Source of the DNA: Calditrichaceae bacterium
GTDB lineage: Bacteria; Calditrichota; Calditrichia; Calditrichales; JBFXGD01
Reading direction: 5' to 3'
DNA length: 27,298 nt
NCBI GenBank assembly: GCA_050178385.1
Contig: JBFXGD010000034.1
Location: forward strand, 1 to 27,298
The stretch's first letter is position 1. The number at the start of each line of letters is the position of its first letter. Shown one piece after another: positions 18,867-27,298 of this stretch. The notes beneath the pieces were generated by a model. The model searched no databases and had not been told where the DNA came from. It worked only from the letters and a program-made list of their open reading frames with translations. The position numbers and the translations under genes are program-made.

Positions 18867-20195
18867 ATGGCATATCTTTCTAATTCTGAAGCCGATATCA
18901 GGGAGATGCTTGAAGTGATCGGTCTTGATAATATCGAGGAGTTATTATCGAATATTCCCGAAGATCTGCGCTTCAAAGGCACTTTTCAGATGCCGGAAGC
19001 TGAATCTGAACTCGGTATCAGCAGAATTGTACAGCAGTTAGCGGAAAAGAACAAGACTTATGTCTCTTTTCTTGGCGGTGGCGCTTATGACCATTATATA
19101 CCGTCAATCATTGATGCTCTCACATCAAGATCAGAATTTTATACATCTTATACTCCATATCAGCCTGAAGTCAGCCAGGGGAATCTACAGGCCATGTATG
19201 AGTTTCAGTCAATGATCTGCGAACTGACTGAAATGGATGTAACAAACGCGTCCATGTATGAAGCGGGTTCCGCTCTAGCGGAAGCTGTCCTGGTTGCTGC
19301 CGGTCATACCGGCAAAAATAAAATACTTGTACCAGCCACTCTCAACAGCAGATATAAACGCATTATTGAAACCTATATCAATAACACTGAGATCGAACTG
19401 ACGGAGATACCGGAAAAGGATCTGGCAATAGACCATTCCGCCTTGAAAACTCTGATCGACGACCAAACTGCCGCTGTCATTGTCCAGCATCCTAATTATT
19501 TCGGATTTTTTGAGGATGTTGCCGCGGTAAAAAATGCTGCGGCCGGCAGGGATTGCCTGGTTATTCAGGTCTATGACCCCATTTCTTTGGGATTATTAAA
19601 AACACCCGGGGCGTTTGGGGTCGATATCGCCATCGCCGAAGGGCAGTCACTGGGGAACGGGCAGAACTATGGCGGACCTTATCTGGGTTTGTTCTCTGTT
19701 AATAAAAGCCTGATTCGTAAAATTCCGGGAAGATTGTCCGGCGTTACGAAAGATGAGGACGGGAAAAGGGGCTTTGTGCTTACCTTACAAACACGGGAGC
19801 AGCACATCCGCAGAGAAAAAGCCACATCGAATATCTGTACCAATTCAGGATTAATGGCGCTTACGGCAGGGATTTATATGGCAACTCTCGGGAAAAAGGG
19901 AATAAAAGATGTAGCCGGCTTGTGTTTACAAAAAGCGCATTATCTGGCGGATAAATTGACGGCTATCCCGGGAATATCCATGGCTTCGAAGTCTCCGTTC
20001 TTCAAAGAATTTACTCTCAATTTGCCGGTCAAGGCTGAAGATGTGATTCAGGCAGCGATGAAGGAAGGTATTTTTGCGGGAATTGATTTGAAAAAGACGG
20101 GTCACACGAACAAAATATTAATCGCGGTTACGGAGCAGCGAACCAGAGATGAACTGGATAAATACATTCAATTTTATAAAAAATATTTGATGTAA
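18867..20195 (+). CDS. gcvPA: Glycine dehydrogenase (decarboxylating) subunit 1
   Basis: FLGGGAYDH, SYTPYQPEVSQG, NASMYE, GGPYLG, LQTREQHIRREKATSNICTN. Confidence 0.98.
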   Translation: MAYLSNSEADIREMLEVIGLDNIEELLSNIPEDLRFKGTFQMPEAESELGISRIVQQLAEKNKTYVSFLGGGAYDHYIPSIIDALTSRSEFYTSYTPYQPEVSQGNLQAMYEFQSMICELTEMDVTNASMYEAGSALAEAVLVAAGHTGKNKILVPATLNSRYKRIIETYINNTEIELTEIPEKDLAIDHSALKTLIDDQTAAVIVQHPNYFGFFEDVAAVKNAAAGRDCLVIQVYDPISLGLLKTPGAFGVDIAIAEGQSLGNGQNYGGPYLGLFSVNKSLIRKIPGRLSGVTKDEDGKRGFVLTLQTREQHIRREKATSNICTNSGLMALTAGIYMATLGKKGIKDVAGLCLQKAHYLADKLTAIPGISMASKSPFFKEFTLNLPVKAEDVIQAAMKEGIFAGIDLKKTGHTNKILIAVTEQRTRDELDKYIQFYKKYLM

Positions 20196-20207
20196 GGGAT
20201 CACTTTT

Positions 20208-21242
20208 ATGCCCAGAGTTCTTGTCGCTGACGATAACGAGGATATGCTTGATACCCTTGAGCGGATCTTCAAATTTTACCAATTTGATGTGGAAAAGGCA
20301 TCCAACGGTGTTGAAGCGATAGAAATCGCGCAAAACAGCAGGCCGGATCTGATTCTGCTCGATGGAATGATGCCGGTAATGGACGGGTTCGAGGCCTGTA
20401 AAGTGTTAAAAAGCAGTATGAATACAAAGGATATTCCCATAGTATTCCTTACCGCGAATTATACCGATGTTAAAGATCGGATTACCGGTTTTGAACTGGG
20501 CGCGGACGATTATTTACTGAAACCGTTTAACTCCAAGGAACTTGTGGCACGGGTAAACGCGATCCTGAACCGGAATAAAATGTTGTATGTGCTGAGAAGC
20601 GAGAACGAACAACTGACTTACAATAATAAAATTATGCAGAAAGAACTTGAGTCGTTTCTTAGCCGGTCAAAACAGATAGATAAACACACATTGATTGATC
20701 CACTGACAGGGCTTTATACTTTTTCATTTTTTGAAAGGCGCCTGAAAGAAGAATTTTTAAGGGCCATCCGTTATAAAACTGCCATTTCCCTGGTTATAGT
20801 GAGTATTAACAATGTAAAGAAAATGAATGAAACGCTCGGCTATCAGGTGAGCAATTATATCAGAATAAAAATGGCAAATCTGATCTTAAACAAAACCAGG
20901 GCGGTAGATATACTTTCACAAAATACAGAGGAATATTTTTATATCATACTTCCTCAAACCGATGATCAGGGAGGCTTTTTGGAAGCCGAACGGCTTCGGG
21001 AGACTCTTGCCGGAGCCTGTTATTTTGATGACGAGTTTATCGCTACCGTGTCCAATTCTAAAAAGAAGATTGTGGAGCAAAGTAAGATAACAGTGAATCT
21101 CGGGGTCGCCTCATTTCCGATGAACAATATAGAAGTCGCGGATGAGAACGATCTGCTAAACAAAGCAAAAGAAGCATTAGGGGCATCTAAAGAGATTGGT
21201 TTAAATAAGACGGTTTCTTATTGGGAGCTAATTCAGGCTTAG
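20208..21242 (+). CDS. Response regulator with degenerate GGDEF domain retaining the RxxD I-site
   Basis: Intact REC (VADDNED, LLDGMMP, FLTA, LKPF); coiled coil; DPLTGLY; IVSINNVK in place of DIDxFK; RAVDILSQNTEEYF in place of RxxDxxxRxGGEEF. Confidence 0.9.
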   Translation: MPRVLVADDNEDMLDTLERIFKFYQFDVEKASNGVEAIEIAQNSRPDLILLDGMMPVMDGFEACKVLKSSMNTKDIPIVFLTANYTDVKDRITGFELGADDYLLKPFNSKELVARVNAILNRNKMLYVLRSENEQLTYNNKIMQKELESFLSRSKQIDKHTLIDPLTGLYTFSFFERRLKEEFLRAIRYKTAISLVIVSINNVKKMNETLGYQVSNYIRIKMANLILNKTRAVDILSQNTEEYFYIILPQTDDQGGFLEAERLRETLAGACYFDDEFIATVSNSKKKIVEQSKITVNLGVASFPMNNIEVADENDLLNKAKEALGASKEIGLNKTVSYWELIQA

Positions 21243-21263
21243 ATGCCTTCAGGGAGATAAAGT

Positions 21264-22715
21264 ATGTATACAAAATTGATTTTTGAGATGAGTAAAGAAG
21301 GTCGGGTAGGGCACGTATTGCCGAAAGTGGATGTTCCCGAAACGAAAACCGATGATCTTATACCAAAGAATTATTTACGCGAAAAACCGGCCGAATTGCC
21401 CCAGGTTGCGGAAAATGAGATTGTCAGGCACTATATTGGTCTTTCAAATTTAAATCACCATGTGGATAAGGCTTTTTATCCTCTTGGTTCATGCACGATG
21501 AAATACAACCCTAAAATCAACGAAAAATTAGCGGGTCTCTCCGGATTCAGAAACTTACACCCGGATCAGCCGAATGAAGCGGTTCAGGGCGGCCTGAAGC
21601 TGCTCTTTGAACTTCAGGAATATTTGATGGAATTGACCGGGTTCAGCGGGATTACGCTGCAGCCGGCTGCCGGTGCGCAAGGTGAATTGGTCGGTCTTCT
21701 TCTGATGAAGAAATATCATCAAATGAAAAAAAGAAACCGGAAGACAATTCTTGTACCGGATTCCGCTCACGGAACAAATCCCGCGAGCGCGAGAATTGCG
21801 GGATTCAAAATTAAAACGATACGCTCCACCGCGCAGGGTGTGGTGGATCTTGCCGATCTGAAAGCCAACCTGAATGATGATGTGGCCGGTATAATGCTGA
21901 CAAATCCGAGCACCCTTGGTATTTTTGAACATCAAATTCGCGAGATCAGGGAAATGCTTGATTCAATTGACGCCCTTATGTATATGGATGGGGCCAATAT
22001 GAACGCGTTGTTCGGAATTGTCAGACCTGCCGACCTTGGTTTTGATGTTATGCATCTTAATTTGCATAAAAGTTTTTCGACCCCTCACGGCGGAGGAGGC
22101 CCTGGAACCGGTCCCGTAGCCGTTAACGAGAAATTGAAGGCTTTTCTGCCTGTTCCTGTTGTGGATAAAAAAGGTGAAACCTACTTTCTTAATGAAGAAC
22201 TGCCGGATTCAATAGGCAGCGTACACAGTTATTTTGGAAATTTTGCGCTTCTGGTTCGCGCTTATGTTTATATCCGGATGATTGGAAGGCATGGATTCAG
22301 AAAAGTATCGGATCACGCGATAGTGAATGCAAATTATCTCCGAAAAAGACTCTCGGGGAATTTTGAGCTTGGGTACTCCGCGCCGACTATGCATGAATTT
22401 GTACTCTCCGCGGAAAAACAGAAGAAAAGAGGGGCAAAAGCTCTTGATATCGCGAAGAGGCTTCTGGATTATGGGATACATCCACCGACAGTATATTTTC
22501 CCCTGATTGTTAAAGAAGCGCTGATGATTGAACCAACCGAAACAGAGAGCAAGGAGATGCTCGATCATTTTGTTGATGTTATGCTGACCATTGATAAGGA
22601 AATTGATGAAACGCCGGAATTACTTTTAGATGCGCCGCATATTACGCCGGTCAGGAGACTTGATGAAGCCGGCGCCGCGCGTAATTTAGATATTAATTAC
22701 TTTAAAAAGAGCTAA
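21264..22715 (+). CDS. gcvPB: Glycine dehydrogenase (decarboxylating) subunit 2
   Basis: PLGSCTMKYNP, QPAAGAQGE, SAHGTNPAS, HLNLHKSFSTPHGGGGPG (PLP Lys), MIEPTETES. Confidence 0.98.
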   Translation: MYTKLIFEMSKEGRVGHVLPKVDVPETKTDDLIPKNYLREKPAELPQVAENEIVRHYIGLSNLNHHVDKAFYPLGSCTMKYNPKINEKLAGLSGFRNLHPDQPNEAVQGGLKLLFELQEYLMELTGFSGITLQPAAGAQGELVGLLLMKKYHQMKKRNRKTILVPDSAHGTNPASARIAGFKIKTIRSTAQGVVDLADLKANLNDDVAGIMLTNPSTLGIFEHQIREIREMLDSIDALMYMDGANMNALFGIVRPADLGFDVMHLNLHKSFSTPHGGGGPGTGPVAVNEKLKAFLPVPVVDKKGETYFLNEELPDSIGSVHSYFGNFALLVRAYVYIRMIGRHGFRKVSDHAIVNANYLRKRLSGNFELGYSAPTMHEFVLSAEKQKKRGAKALDIAKRLLDYGIHPPTVYFPLIVKEALMIEPTETESKEMLDHFVDVMLTIDKEIDETPELLLDAPHITPVRRLDEAGAARNLDINYFKKS

Positions 22716-22736
22716 ATATCCCAGCATGGAGTAGCC

Positions 22737-23468
22737 ATGGCGTTTAGAATATTGATTGTTGATGATAATCCAAATGTGTTAAAATTGCTGAACATCAGTC
22801 TTTCCAAAGCAGGTTATGAAATAATTGAAGCCGAAAACGGTGAAATGGCTTTCGAATCCGCAAACAAGCATAAGCCGGACCTGATTATATCTGATATTAT
22901 GATGCCTCAAATGGATGGTATTGAGTTATGCTGGATGATACGGGAAAACTCTGAAATTCCCCTGGTACCATTTATATTTTTGACTTCATTTGATGACGCG
23001 GAAACCGAAATCCGCGGATTTAGAGCAGGAGCGGATGAATTTCTGAATAAGCCGATTGACCGCAAGGACCTGTTGGAGCGTGTGGAAGAATTGTTGAACA
23101 GGACTCAAAAATTAAAAAGTATTGAAAACATCAGTGAGGAACGCAAGGGATTTTCCGGAGATTTGCGTGATCTTTCGATTGTAGAGCTCGTTCAAATGCT
23201 CAATCTGAATAAAAAATCCGGTGTTTTGAATATTGAAGGTGATATTCAGGGACAGATTTATCTTAAAGACGGGCATTTGCATGCTGCTCAGACAGAAACT
23301 AAAAAAGGTGAAGATGCATTTTATGATCTGGTTTCACTGATGTCCGGAGCCTTTAGCTTTGATATACATGATATCAAACTAGAACAGAATATAAGTAATT
23401 CAACTATGAATGTGATTATGGAAGCTTGCCGTATTATGGATGAACGCAGGCAGGATGGTAAAGAATAA
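22737..23468 (+). CDS. Response regulator with DUF4388 (PATAN-like) domain
   Basis: Intact REC (IVDD, ISDIMMP, FLTS, NKP); FSGDLRDLSIVELVQML....KSG.L...GQIYLKDG...GEDAFY.L....GAFSF. Confidence 0.88.
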   Translation: MAFRILIVDDNPNVLKLLNISLSKAGYEIIEAENGEMAFESANKHKPDLIISDIMMPQMDGIELCWMIRENSEIPLVPFIFLTSFDDAETEIRGFRAGADEFLNKPIDRKDLLERVEELLNRTQKLKSIENISEERKGFSGDLRDLSIVELVQMLNLNKKSGVLNIEGDIQGQIYLKDGHLHAAQTETKKGEDAFYDLVSLMSGAFSFDIHDIKLEQNISNSTMNVIMEACRIMDERRQDGKE

Positions 23469-23492
23469 TTAATAAGATGGAATAACAGGGAA

Positions 23493-24428
23493 ATGTATAA
23501 AATATTGATTTGTGATCCTCTGGATGAAACAGCCATGGCGAATCTTGCAGAGGCAAAAGACATAATTTATGATGCCATTTACGGGCAGTCGGAAGCTGAT
23601 CTGATTAAGAATATTCCTAAATACAACGCGGTTATTGTACGCAGCGCGACAACTATTACGGGGAAGGTGATTGATGCGGGAGAAAATCTGCGCGCGATCG
23701 GCCGGGCGGGTTCGGGGCTGGATAATATTGATACGGTCCAGGCGGCAAAAAAAGGAATAAAAGTATTTAACACACCCGGGACAAATGCTGCCGCTGTGGC
23801 AGAACTTACCGTCGGTTTACTTTTTTCTCTCGCCAGAAAAATTACTGAAGCTGATGTGAGTATGAAAAACGGGCAATGGGCGAAGAAAGAATTTACGGGT
23901 TTTGAGATAGACGGTAAAATACTGGGAATCATCGGCGGGGGTACCATCGGTAAAATGGTTGCCGTTAAAGCTTTCCGCCTTGGTATGAAAATTGTTGTTT
24001 ATAACCGGTCTGAAGTAAAAATCCCGGAAATCGAATTTGAACAGGTTTCTCTTGAAAAACTCTTAAAGCGTTCGGATTTTGTCTCTGTACATCTGCCTAA
24101 AAATCCTGAAACAGCATATTTGATAGGTGAACAGGAATTTGAAAAGATAAAGCAGGGCTCTTATCTGATTAATACATCGCGGGGTGGAATAGTGTCTGAA
24201 GCCGCCTTATTGAAAGCGCTGGATTCAGGCATACTTGCCGGAGCGGCACTGGATGTCTTTGAAAATGAACCGGGTTATGATAAAAATCTGGCCGCTCATA
24301 AGAGGGTAATTGCCTCACCGCATATCGGCGCGTCAACAACAGAAGCCCAGGAAAGAGTGGGTTTACAGATTGTGGACAAAATTTTAGGGCATTTGCGATC
24401 AAATTATATATTTATATCAGGACAATAA
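23493..24428 (+). CDS. D-2-hydroxyacid dehydrogenase, short D-3-phosphoglycerate dehydrogenase-like
   Basis: IVRSAT, GRAGSGLDNID, NTPG.N..AVAE, GIIGGGTIG, INTSRGG, ALDVFENEP, SPHIGAST.EAQ.RVG; no C-terminal ACT/ASB domains. Confidence 0.88.
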   Translation: MYKILICDPLDETAMANLAEAKDIIYDAIYGQSEADLIKNIPKYNAVIVRSATTITGKVIDAGENLRAIGRAGSGLDNIDTVQAAKKGIKVFNTPGTNAAAVAELTVGLLFSLARKITEADVSMKNGQWAKKEFTGFEIDGKILGIIGGGTIGKMVAVKAFRLGMKIVVYNRSEVKIPEIEFEQVSLEKLLKRSDFVSVHLPKNPETAYLIGEQEFEKIKQGSYLINTSRGGIVSEAALLKALDSGILAGAALDVFENEPGYDKNLAAHKRVIASPHIGASTTEAQERVGLQIVDKILGHLRSNYIFISGQ

Positions 24429-24432
24429 TCAG

Positions 24433-25464
24433 ATGGAGCGTACTTTTTCAAAAGAATTAATCATCATCGGTGGAGGCCCCGCGGGCTTAAAAGCGGCTGA
24501 GGAAGCCGGACATCATAATATTGATTACATAGCTTTTGAAAAAGGAAATGTCGGGCAAGCTTGGCGGGAAGTTCGTCCGGAGATGTTTCTTTTGTCTCCT
24601 TGTCATCCCCAGCGTGACTGGACCAGTTTTTCTGAGAAATTCCCAATCTGGAAGATGGGGGTCCAACGCCCATATTGTAAGGCTTCTGAGTTTGTAAATT
24701 ACATGGATGCGTACACCGATCACTTTAAACTGAACGTCGCAGTGAATACATCCGTGACAAATATAAACTTTAATCATGACAGCCTGCAGTACGAAGTCAA
24801 AGTTGATGACAAAACTTACACCGCGCCGGTTATAACAGTCGCTACAGGGATATTCGGAAATCCGTATATTCCGGAAATACCGGGGGTGGAGAACAACCCC
24901 GTTGTCATGCACTCACATCACTACCGCTCTGCTGAAGAGTTTAAGAAAAAACGTGTGATGATTGTGGGAACCGGAAACAGCGCCGCGGAAATAGCGATCG
25001 ATTTATGCGGATATTCCATGGTCTATCTGATTTCGAGAGAGGATCTGAAGTTTTTTTCAGATACAAAAAAACTGTACCACATCCGAGGAATCTCAGAGAG
25101 TTATCTGAAAGAACTGATCGCTATGGAAATTATCCGATATCGCGCCTACCAGGATATTCAGAGAATCGAAGGGAACAGGGTTTATTTTAGGGATTGGGAT
25201 CTCGAAGTGGATAAAATAATATTCGCCACGGGTTACATGCCACATATAAAGGTCGCGAAGAACTTTAAATTGCGTTTCAATCGCAAGAATTTTCCGGAAG
25301 TAGCATATTCGGGAGAGAGTATTCAGCAGCCGGATCTGTTTTTTGCCGGTCCATTGGCTTATCAATCATCAGCGAGCATTGTGGTGCACGGTTTTGTAAA
25401 ATTAATTCCGTACACGGTCAATCAGATTGCAGAAAGGCTGAAAACCTTCTCAACCCGCCGCTAA
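24433..25464 (+). CDS. FAD/NAD(P)-dependent oxidoreductase (flavin monooxygenase / Pyr_redox_3-like)
   Basis: IIGGGPAG, ATG, HSHHY, IVGTGNSAAE, FATGY. Confidence 0.85.
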   Translation: MERTFSKELIIIGGGPAGLKAAEEAGHHNIDYIAFEKGNVGQAWREVRPEMFLLSPCHPQRDWTSFSEKFPIWKMGVQRPYCKASEFVNYMDAYTDHFKLNVAVNTSVTNINFNHDSLQYEVKVDDKTYTAPVITVATGIFGNPYIPEIPGVENNPVVMHSHHYRSAEEFKKKRVMIVGTGNSAAEIAIDLCGYSMVYLISREDLKFFSDTKKLYHIRGISESYLKELIAMEIIRYRAYQDIQRIEGNRVYFRDWDLEVDKIIFATGYMPHIKVAKNFKLRFNRKNFPEVAYSGESIQQPDLFFAGPLAYQSSASIVVHGFVKLIPYTVNQIAERLKTFSTRR

Positions 25465-25468
25465 TCCC

Positions 25469-25497
25469 TTGACATTTAATAATGAGCTCAATAAATT
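25469..25497 (+). promoter_or_regulatory. Putative sigma70 promoter of pdxS-pdxT
   Basis: TTGACA-17 nt-TAAATT; TGAGCTCA palindrome at 25483-25490 in the spacer. Confidence 0.7.
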
Positions 25498-25542
25498 AAA
25501 AATTGTATTTAAAAATTGTCGAAAATTTAGGAGAAAAGATAG

Positions 25543-26424
25543 ATGTTTGAAAAAGAATTTTTGGTCAAGGTGGGCTTGGCCGAGATGCTTAAAGGCGGCG
25601 TGATCATGGATGTAACAACACCAGATCAGGCAAAAATCGCTGAAGATGCAGGCGCTGTGGCGGTTATGGCATTGGAACGCATTCCGGCTGATATCCGCGC
25701 GGATGGCGGCGTTGCCAGAATGTCAAATCCGAAAATGATAAAAGAAATACAGAAACTGGTATCTATCCCGGTCATGGCAAAATGCCGTATCGGTCATTTT
25801 GCGGAGGCACAGGTGTTGCAGTCATTGGGAGTAGATTTCGTTGATGAAAGTGAAGTTCTGACTCCCGCGGATGATGCCAACCATATCTGGAAGCATGATT
25901 TTAAGGTGCCGTTTGTCTGTGGATGCCGCAATCTGGGAGAAGCGCTTCGCCGTATATCTGAAGGCGCGGCAATGATCCGGACAAAGGGTGAAGCGGGTTC
26001 GGGTAATATCGTTGAAGCGGTCCGGCATATGAGAATGGTTCAGAGTGAAATCAAAAGAATTACTCAGCTTGATGATTCTGAGCTGGTGGCTTTCGCCAAG
26101 AATTTAGGCGCTTCGATTGAACTGATCCGTTATATAAAAGAAAACGGCAAATTACCGGTACCAAACTTTGCGGCAGGCGGTGTGGCAACACCTGCAGATG
26201 CCTCATTGATGATGCAGCTTGGTGCGGAAACCGTATTTGTCGGATCGGGTATTTTTAAATCAAACGATCCGGAAGCGCGGGCAAAAGCGATTGTTTTGGC
26301 TACAACACACTATAATGATCCTGATGTGGTCGCAAAAGCAAGCGAAGGACTCGGCGATGCGATGCCTGGTCTGGAAATAGGTTCAATTCCCGAAAACGAG
26401 ATGTTACAGAACAGAGGCTGGTAG
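25543..26424 (+). CDS. pdxS: Pyridoxal 5'-phosphate synthase lyase subunit
   Basis: [63 protein letters not shown]. Confidence 0.99.
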   Translation: MFEKEFLVKVGLAEMLKGGVIMDVTTPDQAKIAEDAGAVAVMALERIPADIRADGGVARMSNPKMIKEIQKLVSIPVMAKCRIGHFAEAQVLQSLGVDFVDESEVLTPADDANHIWKHDFKVPFVCGCRNLGEALRRISEGAAMIRTKGEAGSGNIVEAVRHMRMVQSEIKRITQLDDSELVAFAKNLGASIELIRYIKENGKLPVPNFAAGGVATPADASLMMQLGAETVFVGSGIFKSNDPEARAKAIVLATTHYNDPDVVAKASEGLGDAMPGLEIGSIPENEMLQNRGW

Positions 26425-26994
26425 TTGAAAAGGATCGGAATTTTTGCCTTACAGGGTGACTTTCATAAACATTCGCTTGCGGTTGAGTCTTTAGGTTTTG
26501 AAGCAGTACATGTCAAGGATGCAAAAAACCTGGCAAAGTGTGATAAGCTCATTATTCCCGGCGGTGAATCGACGACCTTCATGAATCTGATAAACCGGCT
26601 TGAACTTTATGATGTTCTTGTGGAATACGGTAAATCGCATCCTGTTATGGGTACCTGCGCGGGTTTGATCATTCTGGCAAATCATGTTGATTCAATACCC
26701 TTCAAGACACTTGGATTGATTGATATCCATGTCGAGAGAAACGCCTATGGCCGTCAGATTAATTCATTTATCGATACGGTCAGGCTGACACTGGGAGAAG
26801 AGACGATCGATTTCGAAGGTGTATTTATCCGGGCGCCAAAAATCACGGTTCCGGGTAATGGGGTCAAAAAATTGGGCTTCCATAATGATGATCTTGTGAT
26901 GGCCGCAAGCGGTAATATTCTTGTTGCCACATTTCACCCCGAACTTACGAATGATTTAAGAGTCCACCGATATTTTATCGAAAATTTTGGATAA
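26425..26994 (+). CDS. pdxT: Pyridoxal 5'-phosphate synthase glutaminase subunit
   Basis: ALQGDF, IPGGEST, GTCAGLI, RNAYGRQ, FIRAP, FHPEL; TTG immediately after the pdxS stop. Confidence 0.98.
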   Translation: MKRIGIFALQGDFHKHSLAVESLGFEAVHVKDAKNLAKCDKLIIPGGESTTFMNLINRLELYDVLVEYGKSHPVMGTCAGLIILANHVDSIPFKTLGLIDIHVERNAYGRQINSFIDTVRLTLGEETIDFEGVFIRAPKITVPGNGVKKLGFHNDDLVMAASGNILVATFHPELTNDLRVHRYFIENFG

Positions 26995-27006
26995 AAACAG
27001 TTTAAT

Positions 27007-27045
27007 AAAAAAAGAGGCTTACCCGAAGATAAGCCTCTTTTTTTT
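27007..27045. terminator. Bidirectional Rho-independent terminator between pdxT and the RND gene
   Basis: AAAAAAAGAGGCTTA-cccgaaga-TAAGCCTCTTTTTTT between convergent genes. Confidence 0.93.
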
Positions 27046-27064
27046 GAAAAATAAACACAATCCG

Positions 27065-27298
27065 TCACTCTTTGTATTTATCACCCCATAGCCTTACTTT
27101 AATTTTATCACCCATTTGTTCAAATATAATATAAACAATCGGAATAATCAGCAGTGTCAGCAGTGTACTGGTTGTCAGGCCGCCGATGACCGCTCTGGCC
27201 AGCGGTGCCCAGCTTTCAGAACCGGAACCAATCTCAAGGGCGAGAGGTACCATACCGAGAATCGTTGTCAACGCCGTCATTAAGACAGGCCGTAACCG
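27065..27298 (-). CDS. RND efflux transporter permease subunit (AcrB/CzcA family), C-terminal part; gene continues beyond the window
   Basis: [45 protein letters not shown] is the AcrB-family TM11-12 signature. Confidence 0.92.
   Translation of the reverse strand, partial: RLRPVLMTALTTILGMVPLALEIGSGSESWAPLARAVIGGLTTSTLLTLLIIPIVYIIFEQMGDKIKVRLWGDKYKE

Noticed and set aside
27065..27280. 71-aa stand-alone small protein or pseudogene
   Set aside because: It is the C-terminus of an RND permease cut by the window edge; the frame stays open to position 27298.

Overview
A gene-dense chromosomal window of moderate-to-low GC with 26 CDS on the + strand and a partial convergent RND transporter gene at the right edge. 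Gene content and the long SecA insertion suggest an FCB-related diderm, perhaps Calditrichota/KSB1/Ignavibacteria-like (inference only). The left part is housekeeping: secA, a YbfF-like esterase, an M28-PA-PDZ peptidase, a YwiC-like membrane protein, a hypothetical protein, bamD and nadD. From about 9.0 kb there are two long apparent operons. (1) Orphan EutN/CcmL microcompartment pentamer, ACT protein with two N-terminal encapsulation-peptide-like helices, DUF711/PFL-fold protein, CN-hydrolase, pseudo-REC/DUF4388 protein, accB, [HAMP histidine kinase, REC-GGDDF, TPR/coiled-coil lipoprotein], accC, gcvH, terminator. (2) gcvPA, [REC-degenerate GGDEF retaining RxxD], gcvPB, [REC-DUF4388], SerA-like dehydrogenase, flavoprotein oxidoreductase, followed by pdxS-pdxT. 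The two most striking signals are a candidate microcompartment satellite module targeting an ACT/DUF711 pair, and a phosphorelay/c-di-GMP gene set without DNA-binding outputs that is interleaved between subunit genes of acetyl-CoA carboxylase and glycine decarboxylase. I saw no RNA genes, CRISPR arrays or mobile elements. All family assignments come from motif recognition by eye, not from database searches.
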